Part shown: positions 20,817 through 29,306 of the stretch, piece by piece
Layout of the letters: every line of letters begins with the position of its first letter
How positions within the stretch are numbered: the first letter of the stretch is position 1
DNA from: Alphaproteobacteria bacterium
Lineage (GTDB): Bacteria; Pseudomonadota; Alphaproteobacteria; CACIAM-22H2
Length of the DNA: 64,000 bases
Direction of reading: 5' to 3'
Assembly: GCA_017308135.1 (NCBI GenBank)
Contig: JAFKFM010000014.1
Span: 65,507-129,506, forward strand
Notes under the pieces: model-generated
Database searches by the model: none
What the model saw: the letters and a program-made list of their open reading frames with translations, nothing else
Told to the model about the DNA's origin: nothing
Position numbers and translations under genes: made by a program

Positions 20817-21380
20817 ATGACCGGAGCGTCCGGTGCCATCTATGGCGTCCGGCTTCTTCAGCTATTGCAGCAGACTGACGTGGAAACACATCTTGTGCTG
20901 AGCAAGTCGGCCAAGATCACCTTGGCGCAGGAACTGGATATCAAGGTTTCCGATGTCCTCGCGCTCGCCGATGTCGTCCATCAGGCGGAGAATATCGGAG
21001 CCACGATTTCCAGCGGATCGTTCGCCACCATGGGCATGATAATCGCGCCGTGCTCCATGCGCAGTATGGCGGAGATATCGTCTGGCGCAACATCTTCACT
21101 GGTGACGCGCGCCGCCGACGTCGTGTTGAAGGAGCGCCGTCGTCTGGTTTTGATGGTCCGCGAAACACCGCTGCATCTCGGTCATCTCAGATCGATGGTT
21201 GCGGTGACTGAAATGGGCGGGATCGTCTATCCGCCGGTTCCGGCCTTCTATGCCAAGCCGTCAAGCATCGATCAGATGGTCGATCAGACGTTGGGGCGCG
21301 TGCTGGATCTTTTCGCGATCAAGACGGATGTCGTCCGTCGCTGGGAAGGGCTTACTCCGAGTAAAAGTCGAGATCAGTGA
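20817..21380 (+). CDS. UbiX/PAD1-family flavin prenyltransferase (prFMN synthase). The true start is probably upstream (ATT at 20772).
   Basis: GMTGASGAIYGVRLLQ...CSMRSMAEISSG. The conserved RRLIVG strand is encoded in frame immediately upstream of the first ATG. Confidence 0.8.
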   Translation: MTGASGAIYGVRLLQLLQQTDVETHLVLSKSAKITLAQELDIKVSDVLALADVVHQAENIGATISSGSFATMGMIIAPCSMRSMAEISSGATSSLVTRAADVVLKERRRLVLMVRETPLHLGHLRSMVAVTEMGGIVYPPVPAFYAKPSSIDQMVDQTLGRVLDLFAIKTDVVRRWEGLTPSKSRDQ

Positions 21381-21418
21381 CGGGTTAATTTGCAACGGGT
21401 CTTTGGGGGAGGGCGCGA

Positions 21419-21949
21419 ATGGCAAAGGAAGGCGAGAATTTCTCGAACGAAAGCTGGTCTTTCGCGTTGCGTCTCTATGCGGAGTCCGGCGTGGCCGAAG
21501 CGTGCCTTCGTTTGCAATCTATTGCGGGCGTCGATGTGATGATGCTTCTTGCTGTCTTATTCGCTGCGTCGCAAAAGAATATCTCATTGTCCTTTGAAGA
21601 TGTGAAAGCACTGGACGGTGTTTGCCGTCCATGGCGCGAGCAGGTCGTTCATCCTCTGCGTGCGCTGCGAACCGCTTTGAAGTCTGGACCGGCGCCCGCT
21701 CCAACATCTGAAACCGACCAGCTGCGTTCGCGCATCAAGGCCGATGAGCTTCAGGCTGAGCAGATCGAGAACGATCTGCTCGGCAACTGGCTGCAGCATA
21801 AAACACGGGCACCGGCCGCACTCTCGCGACATCAGGTCCGCGGCATTCTGGCAGACGTTGTGCGGTGCTTTGGTGCCGATTCCTCAACGATCGAAGTCTC
21901 TGCTGAGGTCGATGTCATTCTCGGCGCGACCGCCAGGCTCTCTGCATAG
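21419..21949 (+). CDS. Conserved hypothetical protein, DUF2390/TIGR02444-like (recognised from memory only)
   Basis: N-terminal SWSFALRLYAESGVAEACLRLQSIAGVDVMMLLAVLFAA pattern. Lies between the UbiX-like and UbiD-like genes. Confidence 0.55.
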   Translation: MAKEGENFSNESWSFALRLYAESGVAEACLRLQSIAGVDVMMLLAVLFAASQKNISLSFEDVKALDGVCRPWREQVVHPLRALRTALKSGPAPAPTSETDQLRSRIKADELQAEQIENDLLGNWLQHKTRAPAALSRHQVRGILADVVRCFGADSSTIEVSAEVDVILGATARLSA

Positions 21950-21996
21950 TGCGGTGCACGCTGTTAATTTAATCAGCGAATGCTTGTTTCGTGTTC

Positions 21997-22024
21997 TTGA
22001 CTAGCTTTGTAATTTAACTATCGT
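21997..22024 (+). promoter_or_regulatory. Putative promoter/operator TTGACTAGCTTTGTAATTTAACTATCGT (-35 TTGACT, 16-nt spacer, -10 TATCGT) upstream of the UbiD-like gene
   Basis: A near-identical 24-nt motif recurs at 29115-29142. Confidence 0.45.
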
Positions 22025-22057
22025 CCAATGCAATTTCTTGTGGGGACAGGACCTGAT

Positions 22058-23482
22058 ATGGCGCAGCCGCAAATTCTCGATACTCGTTTTCGTTCGGCGC
22101 TGGCGCGTCTTGCCAAGAAAGATCGCATCCTGACGTTTGAAAAGACGGCGGACCCCCATCTTGAAATCGCAGCGGTCTTGAAGAAGCACGATGGCCGCCA
22201 AACGATGCTGTTTCCCGCAGTCAAGGGATACGATGTTCCGCTGGTCGGTAATCTTCTCAGCTCGAAGGAGAATTGCGAGGCTGCGTTTGATCTCGATTTT
22301 CGTGGCATCCGCGGATTGGTTCAGCGCGCGCTCGGCGGACCATTGCCGCCGGAACTCGTCACGAATGCGCCTTCGCAGGAGGTTGTTCTTAAAACCGGAT
22401 TCGATGTCACCAAGCTGCTGCCTGCGCTTTTCCACGCGCCGGGTGATGCAGGGCGCTACGTCACCGCGGGGATCGTGATCGTCAAAGATCCTGAGACGGG
22501 TATCTACAACGCATCCTATCATCGCTTGCAGTTGCTGGGGCCGGATCGCTTCGCAATCAAGCTCGACTTCGGCCGGCATCTTCGTCTGGCATTCGAACGC
22601 GCCAAAGCGCGCGGCAAGTCGCTGCCGGTCGCCGTCTGTATCGGTACGGATCTTGCGCTGCATTTTACCGCCGCCACGATGGGCTCGCAGATGCCTGAGA
22701 CGGCTGACGAGCTTGCAGTTGCCGGTGGCCTTGCGGGGCGGCCGTTGACGGTTGCGAAGGCCGTGTCGCAAGACATGATCGTTCCGGCCGAATGCGAGTT
22801 CGTGCTCGAAGGCGAAATCTCGATTGACGAGGTTGCTCCGGAAGGACCGTTCGGCGAGTTCGTCGGGTTCGCCGCTCCCGCGGCCGATGCCCCCATTCTG
22901 AAGGTCACGGCGGTGACCCACCGCATGCGGCCGATCTATCACGTCATCAACGGCTTCGGCCGCGAGACGATTATCCTGCGCAAATACGTGTTGGAAGCGA
23001 GCCTTCTCAAGGTATTGCAGGCTGCAATCCCGATCGTGACGGATGTTGAGATGACGTCGGGCGGTTTGCACCGTTTTCATGCAATCATTCAGGTCGAGAA
23101 GCGGAGCCGTCAGCACAATGGATTGCAGCGCAACGCCATTCTCGCGGCGTTCGGCGCGCTGAAGGATTTGGATCTGATCACTGTGGTCGATCACGATATC
23201 GATATTCGCGACCCGATCGATGTCGAGTACGCGATCGCAACACGCATGGAAGCGTCGAGCGATCTATTCCTCATTCCCGGCGCGCGTGGGCACGAATATG
23301 TTCGTGTCAGCAAGGATGGTATCCGCACCAAACTCGGTATCGACGCAACGGTGCCTTTTGAGGATCAGGACAAGTTCCGGCGTGTTGAATTTGCCAAAAC
23401 CGATATCGAGCTTGGCGATTTTACACCGGGTGCCAATACGGCGATCCAGTCGCTCGGGATCGACGGATCGAACATCGCATAA
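22058..23482 (+). CDS. UbiD-family prFMN-dependent (de)carboxylase
   Basis: The N-terminal region and the APEGPFGEFVGF motif match UbiD-family decarboxylases. 474 aa. Confidence 0.85.
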   Translation: MAQPQILDTRFRSALARLAKKDRILTFEKTADPHLEIAAVLKKHDGRQTMLFPAVKGYDVPLVGNLLSSKENCEAAFDLDFRGIRGLVQRALGGPLPPELVTNAPSQEVVLKTGFDVTKLLPALFHAPGDAGRYVTAGIVIVKDPETGIYNASYHRLQLLGPDRFAIKLDFGRHLRLAFERAKARGKSLPVAVCIGTDLALHFTAATMGSQMPETADELAVAGGLAGRPLTVAKAVSQDMIVPAECEFVLEGEISIDEVAPEGPFGEFVGFAAPAADAPILKVTAVTHRMRPIYHVINGFGRETIILRKYVLEASLLKVLQAAIPIVTDVEMTSGGLHRFHAIIQVEKRSRQHNGLQRNAILAAFGALKDLDLITVVDHDIDIRDPIDVEYAIATRMEASSDLFLIPGARGHEYVRVSKDGIRTKLGIDATVPFEDQDKFRRVEFAKTDIELGDFTPGANTAIQSLGIDGSNIA

Positions 23483-23535
23483 ATTCACGTTGCATAAGGC
23501 CGTCTCACTAAACCTCTCAACGATCGGAAACTCCA

Positions 23536-24504
23536 ATGAAGCGACTTCTTATAGCAGCCTTGCTTGTGGGCACCGGACTAAGCGTTTCTACTGCTTCCGC
23601 GCAGGAATGGCCGAGCAAGTCGGCGATCAAGCTCGTCGTGCCTTATGCTCCCGGAGGATATACCGACTCCGTCGGTCGTATTACTGCGCGTTTTCTTGAA
23701 AAAGAACTCGGGCAGACGGTGATCGTCGACAACCGTCCGGGTGGAGGCGGCATCGTCGGTTCTGATCTGGTGTCGAAGTCCCCCGGCGACGGCTATACGC
23801 TTTGCATCTGCAGCGTGGGCGCAATCTCGATTGCTCCGGTGGCGCAGACCACGTCCTACGATCCGGTTAAAAGCTTCAAGCCGATCAGCATCGTCAGCAC
23901 CATCCCGCAGATGGTAATCGTCAATCCGTCGCTGCCGATCAACTCGATGGACGATCTGGTTAAGTATGCCAAGGCCAATCCCGGAAAGCTCACCTTCGGC
24001 TCGAGCGGCGCCGGTGGCCTGATGTATTACTCGGTCGCGCTGTTCGATAGCCGCGTCGGTACAAAAATGACTCATGTGCCGTTCAAGGGCGGAGCGCCGG
24101 CAACTGCCGCCGTGGTCGCGGGCGAGGTGAACCTGTCTTTCACCAACATGACGGATGCCCTGCCGCAGCTCGAGGCGAAAACCGTTCGTGCTCTCGCAGT
24201 GACGTCGGCAGGCCGTAGCGAGTTCGCCCCGAAGGTTCCGACTGTCGCCGAGACTGTCCTGCCTGGATATGCGGTTGAGTCTTGGAACGGCGTCATGGCA
24301 CCGGCCTCGACGCCCGATGCGATTGTCACAAAGGTTTCCGATGCCCTCAAGAAGATGGCAGCCGATCCCGAGGTGAAGAAGCAGATGTCGGTCGCAGGCG
24401 CGTCGACCGTGTTCACGACGCCAGCCGAATATAGCGCGCAGATCGCCAAGGAAGTCGATCAGTGGCGGGCGCTGCTCAAGGAAATCTCGGAAAAGAAGAC
24501 CTGA
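23536..24504 (+). CDS. tctC: Tripartite tricarboxylate transporter substrate-binding protein (TctC/Bug family)
   Basis: Signal peptide. VVPYAPGGYTDSVGRI...DNRPGGGG motifs typical of Bug/TctC. Confidence 0.85.
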   Translation: MKRLLIAALLVGTGLSVSTASAQEWPSKSAIKLVVPYAPGGYTDSVGRITARFLEKELGQTVIVDNRPGGGGIVGSDLVSKSPGDGYTLCICSVGAISIAPVAQTTSYDPVKSFKPISIVSTIPQMVIVNPSLPINSMDDLVKYAKANPGKLTFGSSGAGGLMYYSVALFDSRVGTKMTHVPFKGGAPATAAVVAGEVNLSFTNMTDALPQLEAKTVRALAVTSAGRSEFAPKVPTVAETVLPGYAVESWNGVMAPASTPDAIVTKVSDALKKMAADPEVKKQMSVAGASTVFTTPAEYSAQIAKEVDQWRALLKEISEKKT

Positions 24505-24579
24505 GCTTCAGCGATCGGCGGGCGGTGAGCTAGGTCTCACCGCTCGCCTTCTGTCTTCCGGCGGCATGGGAGCTTGCCA

Positions 24580-25029
24580 ATGAAATCTATCGCTCGGCGT
24601 GGAAATACCGACGTCTATTCGGGATTTCTTCTCGTTGCCATCTCGACTGTGGCGCTGCTGTACATCCGCACTCTGACGATCGGTACCGTGCTCGACATGG
24701 GGCCGGGCTATTTTCCTCTCGGTCTTGCCTTGATTTTGCTGGGCATGGGACTTGTCCTTGTGGTCAAGGGCCTTGCCGCGACGGGCTCGCCGGTCGGCAC
24801 CATTCATCTCCGCCCGCTCTTCTTTATCCTGCTGTCCTTCGCGGTGTTCGGCCTGCTGATCGAACGTGCTGGCCTCGTGATTGCGGTTCTGATGCAGGTC
24901 GCCATCGCGCATTTCGCCTCGCGTGAAAGCACCTGGCTTGCGAGCGTCATTACGGGCATTGCACTGGCGGTCGCGTCTTCCGTCGTCTTTGTCTGGCTTC
25001 TCAAGATTCCGGTGAACGTGCTGCCATGA
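24580..25029 (+). CDS. tctB: Tripartite tricarboxylate transporter small permease (TctB family)
   Basis: About 150 aa, four hydrophobic segments. Located between the tctC and tctA genes. Confidence 0.7.
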   Translation: MKSIARRGNTDVYSGFLLVAISTVALLYIRTLTIGTVLDMGPGYFPLGLALILLGMGLVLVVKGLAATGSPVGTIHLRPLFFILLSFAVFGLLIERAGLVIAVLMQVAIAHFASRESTWLASVITGIALAVASSVVFVWLLKIPVNVLP

Positions 25030-26528
25030 CGGATATCTTCGCTGCTCTCGGCCACGGTTTCTCTGTCGCGGCCACGCCTCTCAACCTGTTGTTCTGTTTG
25101 ATCGGCGCCATTTGCGGCACGCTGATCGGCGTGTTGCCGGGACTCGGACCGGTGGCAACGATTTCTTTGCTTCTGCCGGCGACCTATGCACTCGATCCGG
25201 TGAGTGCGATCATCATGCTCGCGGGCATTTATTACGGTGCGCAGTATGGCGGTTCGACCACGGCGATCCTTGTCAACATTCCGGGCGAGTCCACGTCGGT
25301 GGTGACGGCTATCGATGGTTACAAGATGGCGCAGCAGGGGCGGGCGGGCGAGGCGCTTGCCATCGCCGCCATCGGCTCTTTCATCGCGGGCTGTTTTGGA
25401 ACCGTGATTATTGCGCTGCTCGGACCGCCGTTGGCCGTGATGACACAGAAATTTGCGTCGCCTGATTATTTTTCGCTGATGGTGCTGGGTCTCGTCTCCG
25501 CCGTTGTGCTCGCCAACGGATCGGCTTTTCATGCGATCGCGATGATCTTCCTCGGCCTGCTGCTTGGCATGGTCGGCATGGACCTCAATACCGGCGAAGC
25601 GCGCATGACGTTCGGTCTGATCGAATTGTCGGATGGCATCAACTTCGTTGCACTGGTGATGGGTCTGTTCGGTGTTGCCGAGGTCATTGCCAATCTGGAA
25701 GGCGTTTCAACGCGGATTGTCAATCACTCCAAGATCAACAGCATCTGGCCGTCGTTCAAGGTACTGCGTGGCGCCTGGGGCGCAGTCACGCGCGGGACCC
25801 TGTTGGGGACGTTATTCGGCATTCTGCCGGGTGGCGGCGCAACCATTGCATCTTTTTCCTCCTATGCGCTCGAGAAGCGCGTTTCGAAGACGCCGGAGCG
25901 CTTCGGCAATGGAGCTATTGAGGGCGTCGCGGGGCCGGAGTCGGCCAACAATGCGGCAGCACAGACGTCCTTCGTTCCGCTCCTGACCATGGGCATTCCG
26001 ACCAGCGCAACCATGGCGCTTCTGGTCGGTGCGCTGACCTTGCACGGCATTGCTCCGGGGCCGACCATCATTTCGCGCCAGCCGGATCTGTTCTGGGGGC
26101 TGATCGCAAGCATGTTCATCGGCAATGCGATGCTGGTGATCATCAACCTGCCGATGATTGGAATCTGGGTCCGTCTGCTCAACGTGCCTTACCGGATCCT
26201 TTATCTTGTCATCGTCGTGATTTGCGCGATTGGCGTTTTCTCGGTCAACAACTCGAGTTTCGACATTTACATGACGGTCGGGTTCACGGCGCTCGGCTAC
26301 ATCCTGCGCAAGCTGAATGCCGAACCGGCGCCATTGCTGATGGGATTTGTCCTCGGTCCGATGCTGGAGGAGAATTTCCGCCGCAGCCTGATCACGGCGC
26401 ATGGGGATCCGACCGTGTTTCTGCAGAGGCCGATTAGCCTCGTTCTGCTGCTGTTGTCACTGGGATTGCTGATTTCGATCCTGATGCCTTCCATCAGCAA
26501 GCGCCGCCAGGAAGTCTTTCAGGAGTGA
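25026..26528 (+). CDS. tctA: Tripartite tricarboxylate transporter large permease (TctA family)
   Basis: 500-aa polytopic membrane protein. ATGA overlap with the tctB gene. Confidence 0.85.
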   Translation: MTDIFAALGHGFSVAATPLNLLFCLIGAICGTLIGVLPGLGPVATISLLLPATYALDPVSAIIMLAGIYYGAQYGGSTTAILVNIPGESTSVVTAIDGYKMAQQGRAGEALAIAAIGSFIAGCFGTVIIALLGPPLAVMTQKFASPDYFSLMVLGLVSAVVLANGSAFHAIAMIFLGLLLGMVGMDLNTGEARMTFGLIELSDGINFVALVMGLFGVAEVIANLEGVSTRIVNHSKINSIWPSFKVLRGAWGAVTRGTLLGTLFGILPGGGATIASFSSYALEKRVSKTPERFGNGAIEGVAGPESANNAAAQTSFVPLLTMGIPTSATMALLVGALTLHGIAPGPTIISRQPDLFWGLIASMFIGNAMLVIINLPMIGIWVRLLNVPYRILYLVIVVICAIGVFSVNNSSFDIYMTVGFTALGYILRKLNAEPAPLLMGFVLGPMLEENFRRSLITAHGDPTVFLQRPISLVLLLLSLGLLISILMPSISKRRQEVFQE

Positions 26529-26573
26529 CGACGGCTCGTTGTCGCGCCTCCAATTGAGATCGGGACTAACAAC

Positions 26574-28250
26574 ATGAACAAGCATCAATCGGCGCAGGCC
26601 GTGACCGGAGAAGCCGGCTTGCGCAATGGCGGGCAAATTCTGGTGTCTGCGTTGCGGCGCAATGGAGCCGATCGCATGTTCGGCGTGCCTGGTGAAAGCG
26701 CACTGCCGATTTTCGACGCTGTTTATGAGCCTGATGCTGGTGTCCGGTTCATTATGTGCCGGCACGAGGCGACGGCGTCCCACATGGCGGAGGCTGACGG
26801 TAAGCTCTCCAAGCGGCCCGGTATTTGCGTGGTAAGCCGTGGCCCAGGCGCGATGCAGGCGGCGATAGGTTTACATACGGCATGGCAGGATTCCACGCCG
26901 ATGATCTTGATTGTCGGCCAGGTGCCGCGCAGCCATCGCGGCCGCGAAGCCTTTCAGGAAATGGATTATAGCCGGACGTTCGATGATATGACGAAGTGGG
27001 CGGTGGAGATCGACTCCGTCGATCGCATTCCCGAGATTGTCAGCCGTGCTTTCCATGTCGCGATGCAGGGGCGCCCGGGACCAGTGGTCTTGTCGATACC
27101 CGAAGACGTGCTGAGCGCGACAAGCAGTGTCGCCGATGCTGCGCCGGCGACGACCATTGATGCCGCGCCGTCGGCCCAACAGATGGCCGATGTACGTCGG
27201 CTTCTGCAGCAGGCGCAGCGTCCATTGGTTATTGTTGGGAATCTCGGTTGGAATGTAGAGGCGGCTTCCAGGTTCCGCACCTTCGTGGAGCAAAACAATC
27301 TGCCGGTTGTCGCGGGATTCCGGTCGCAGGACGTGCTCGACAATCGCTCCGAACAATATATCGGCGACATCAGCCTCGGTTGCAGCCGGCCGCTGATGGC
27401 GCGGGTAAAGACGGCGGACCTGCTTCTTGTGATCGGTGATCGTCTCGGCGACGTCACCACCAATCATTATTCGCTGTTCGATGTGCCGACGCCGAAGCAG
27501 GCACTGATTCATGTTTTCCCCGGGCCGGAAGAACTCGGGCGAGTCTATGTGCCGACACTCGGCATTCCTGCCAATTCCTCTCGCTTTGCCGAAGCTCTCG
27601 CGCAGCTCGATCCTCTCGATCATTCGTCCTGGGATGCGTGGCGGGCGGAATCGCGTCTGGCCTATGTCGAGTATCAGGCGCCGCGACCGGATTTTCCGCC
27701 TTTCGATCTTGCGAAGGTGATTGATCACCTCAACACCGCATTACCTGACGATGCGATCGTAACAAACGGAGCCGGCAATTACACGGTCTGGCTGCACCGT
27801 TATTATCGCTATCGCGGCCTTGGCACCCAGATCGCTCCGAAGTCCGGCACCATGGGGTATGGACTGCCCGCCGCGGTCGCCGCGCAACTGCGCCATCCCG
27901 AACGCCGGGTTGTCTGTCTCGCCGGGGATGGCTGTTTCATGATGGCCTCGCAGGAATTCGCAACCGTCGTTCAGCAGAAGCTCCCGGTCGTCATCATCAT
28001 CGTCAACAACACGATGTACGGCTCGATCCGCATGCATCAGGAATTGAGCTTTCCGAACCGCCCCAGCGGGACGGATCTGCTGAATCCGGATTTTGCAGCG
28101 CTGGCGAAATCCTATGGTGCGTATGGCGAAGCCATCGACGCACATGACGATTTCCCGGCGGCCTTTTCGCGTGCGGTTAACGCGGGTGGCCCCGCGATCA
28201 TCGAACTTCGCGTCAACCGCAAGCAACTGACTCCGGATCGCTCGCTCTGA
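26574..28250 (+). CDS. Thiamine pyrophosphate-dependent enzyme, acetolactate synthase/benzoylformate decarboxylase superfamily
   Basis: N-terminal TPP pyrimidine-binding domain. C-terminal GDGCFMM...NN TPP-binding motif. 558 aa. Confidence 0.8.
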   Translation: MNKHQSAQAVTGEAGLRNGGQILVSALRRNGADRMFGVPGESALPIFDAVYEPDAGVRFIMCRHEATASHMAEADGKLSKRPGICVVSRGPGAMQAAIGLHTAWQDSTPMILIVGQVPRSHRGREAFQEMDYSRTFDDMTKWAVEIDSVDRIPEIVSRAFHVAMQGRPGPVVLSIPEDVLSATSSVADAAPATTIDAAPSAQQMADVRRLLQQAQRPLVIVGNLGWNVEAASRFRTFVEQNNLPVVAGFRSQDVLDNRSEQYIGDISLGCSRPLMARVKTADLLLVIGDRLGDVTTNHYSLFDVPTPKQALIHVFPGPEELGRVYVPTLGIPANSSRFAEALAQLDPLDHSSWDAWRAESRLAYVEYQAPRPDFPPFDLAKVIDHLNTALPDDAIVTNGAGNYTVWLHRYYRYRGLGTQIAPKSGTMGYGLPAAVAAQLRHPERRVVCLAGDGCFMMASQEFATVVQQKLPVVIIIVNNTMYGSIRMHQELSFPNRPSGTDLLNPDFAALAKSYGAYGEAIDAHDDFPAAFSRAVNAGGPAIIELRVNRKQLTPDRSL

Positions 28251-28346
28251 GGAGGTCATAAGCAGGCCGGGAACACGGATCAGCAGGTATGACGCAGCCA
28301 AGGGAGCGCGAATATTGCGTTGTCCCTCGTTGAATTAATACCTACA

Positions 28347-28383
28347 GTTAGCCAGTAAGCTGAATTGATTCCAGTCGAACTAT
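28347..28383 (+). promoter_or_regulatory. Half-sites related to the island operator (AGTTAGCCAGTAAGCT and AACTATC) immediately upstream of the MarR gene RBS
   Basis: Matches to AGTTAGCTAGTA (29131-29142) and AACTATC (22016-22022). Confidence 0.3.
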
Positions 28384-28398
28384 CAGGAGTTGCCCCGC

Positions 28399-28977
28399 GT
28401 GCCGGGATCGACGGTGACAAAACCAGAACTGATGCCCGGAGGGGATGATGCGGTTTTTCGCACCTTCATTCACGACTTTCTGGCATTTAGCGCGCGTGTC
28501 GACCAATGCCGGGTTGGATTCGGCGAGCGTCTCGGAATTTCAGGCATCGCATATACGACCCTGATATCGATCGCCTACCTGCAGGGTGAGAAGGGAGTCG
28601 GCGTAAGCCGCGTTGCCGAGCACCTTCATCTGTCGGGCGCATTTGTCACCATTGAAGTGTCGAAGCTGGTCGAAGCCGATCTCGTGAAGAAGCGGGTCAA
28701 CGAAAGCGACCGCCGTCGCGTCTTGCTGACGGTGACGCCCAAAGCGAAGCGGCTGCTCGATGAGCTTGCCAGCATTCAGGCTCCCGTCAACGACGCTCTT
28801 TTCGGCTGTCTCAGCGCCGCCGAGTTTGCGCTGTTGTCATCGATGCTGGCGCGCCTCGTCCCTTGCGGCGACAAGGCGGTTTCGATGCTCGCTTTCACGT
28901 CGAAGTGGTCGAAGGCGCCAGCTGTGAAGTCTGCGAATTCCATAGAGAAGCGCAAAAGCAAAAGGCGTGCAGCCTGA
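28399..28977 (+). CDS. MarR-family transcriptional regulator
   Basis: Winged helix: LISIAYLQGEKGVGVSRVAEHLHLSGAFVTIEVSKLVEADLVKKR. AGGAG RBS. GTG start proposed; the ORF is open from 28390. Confidence 0.7.
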   Translation: MPGSTVTKPELMPGGDDAVFRTFIHDFLAFSARVDQCRVGFGERLGISGIAYTTLISIAYLQGEKGVGVSRVAEHLHLSGAFVTIEVSKLVEADLVKKRVNESDRRRVLLTVTPKAKRLLDELASIQAPVNDALFGCLSAAEFALLSSMLARLVPCGDKAVSMLAFTSKWSKAPAVKSANSIEKRKSKRRAA

Positions 28978-29114
28978 TCGGCTGCAAGACGTCCTTCCTC
29001 CAATCCAATTGTTGACCGACCAGCGGTTGATCGCGTTTGCACGCTGCAGAGTGGCTGATGTTCGCTGTGCTGCAGCACCGAAATTTTTCCTCGCGGGGAC
29101 GAGTTGCGTGCTGC

Positions 29115-29142
29115 TTGACTAGCTTTGTAAGTTAGCTAGTAT
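29115..29142 (+). promoter_or_regulatory. Putative promoter/operator TTGACTAGCTTTGTAAGTTAGCTAGTAT with a perfect 7-9-7 inverted repeat (ACTAGCT...AGCTAGT) between -35 and -10
   Basis: Read from the sequence. Lies upstream of the aldehyde dehydrogenase gene with a ~165-nt leader. Confidence 0.5.
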
Positions 29143-29306
29143 TTTTTGATATTTCGACGGTCGGAGAAACGGCGCGCGGCGTCGGCATTCCGGTGTGCTT
29201 TTGCAAGCCGTTGAGGTGGCTAAGTCCAAAACTTCTGGCGCGAATTTTCGTCGCGCTGTTTCCCTGACGAATCGTAAACGTCCTTTGCTGCTGGACCCGT
29301 GGGTGA

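Noticed and set aside
22001-23194. 397-aa ORF antisense to the UbiD-like gene
   Set aside because: Same reasoning: the UbiD family match is on the plus strand.
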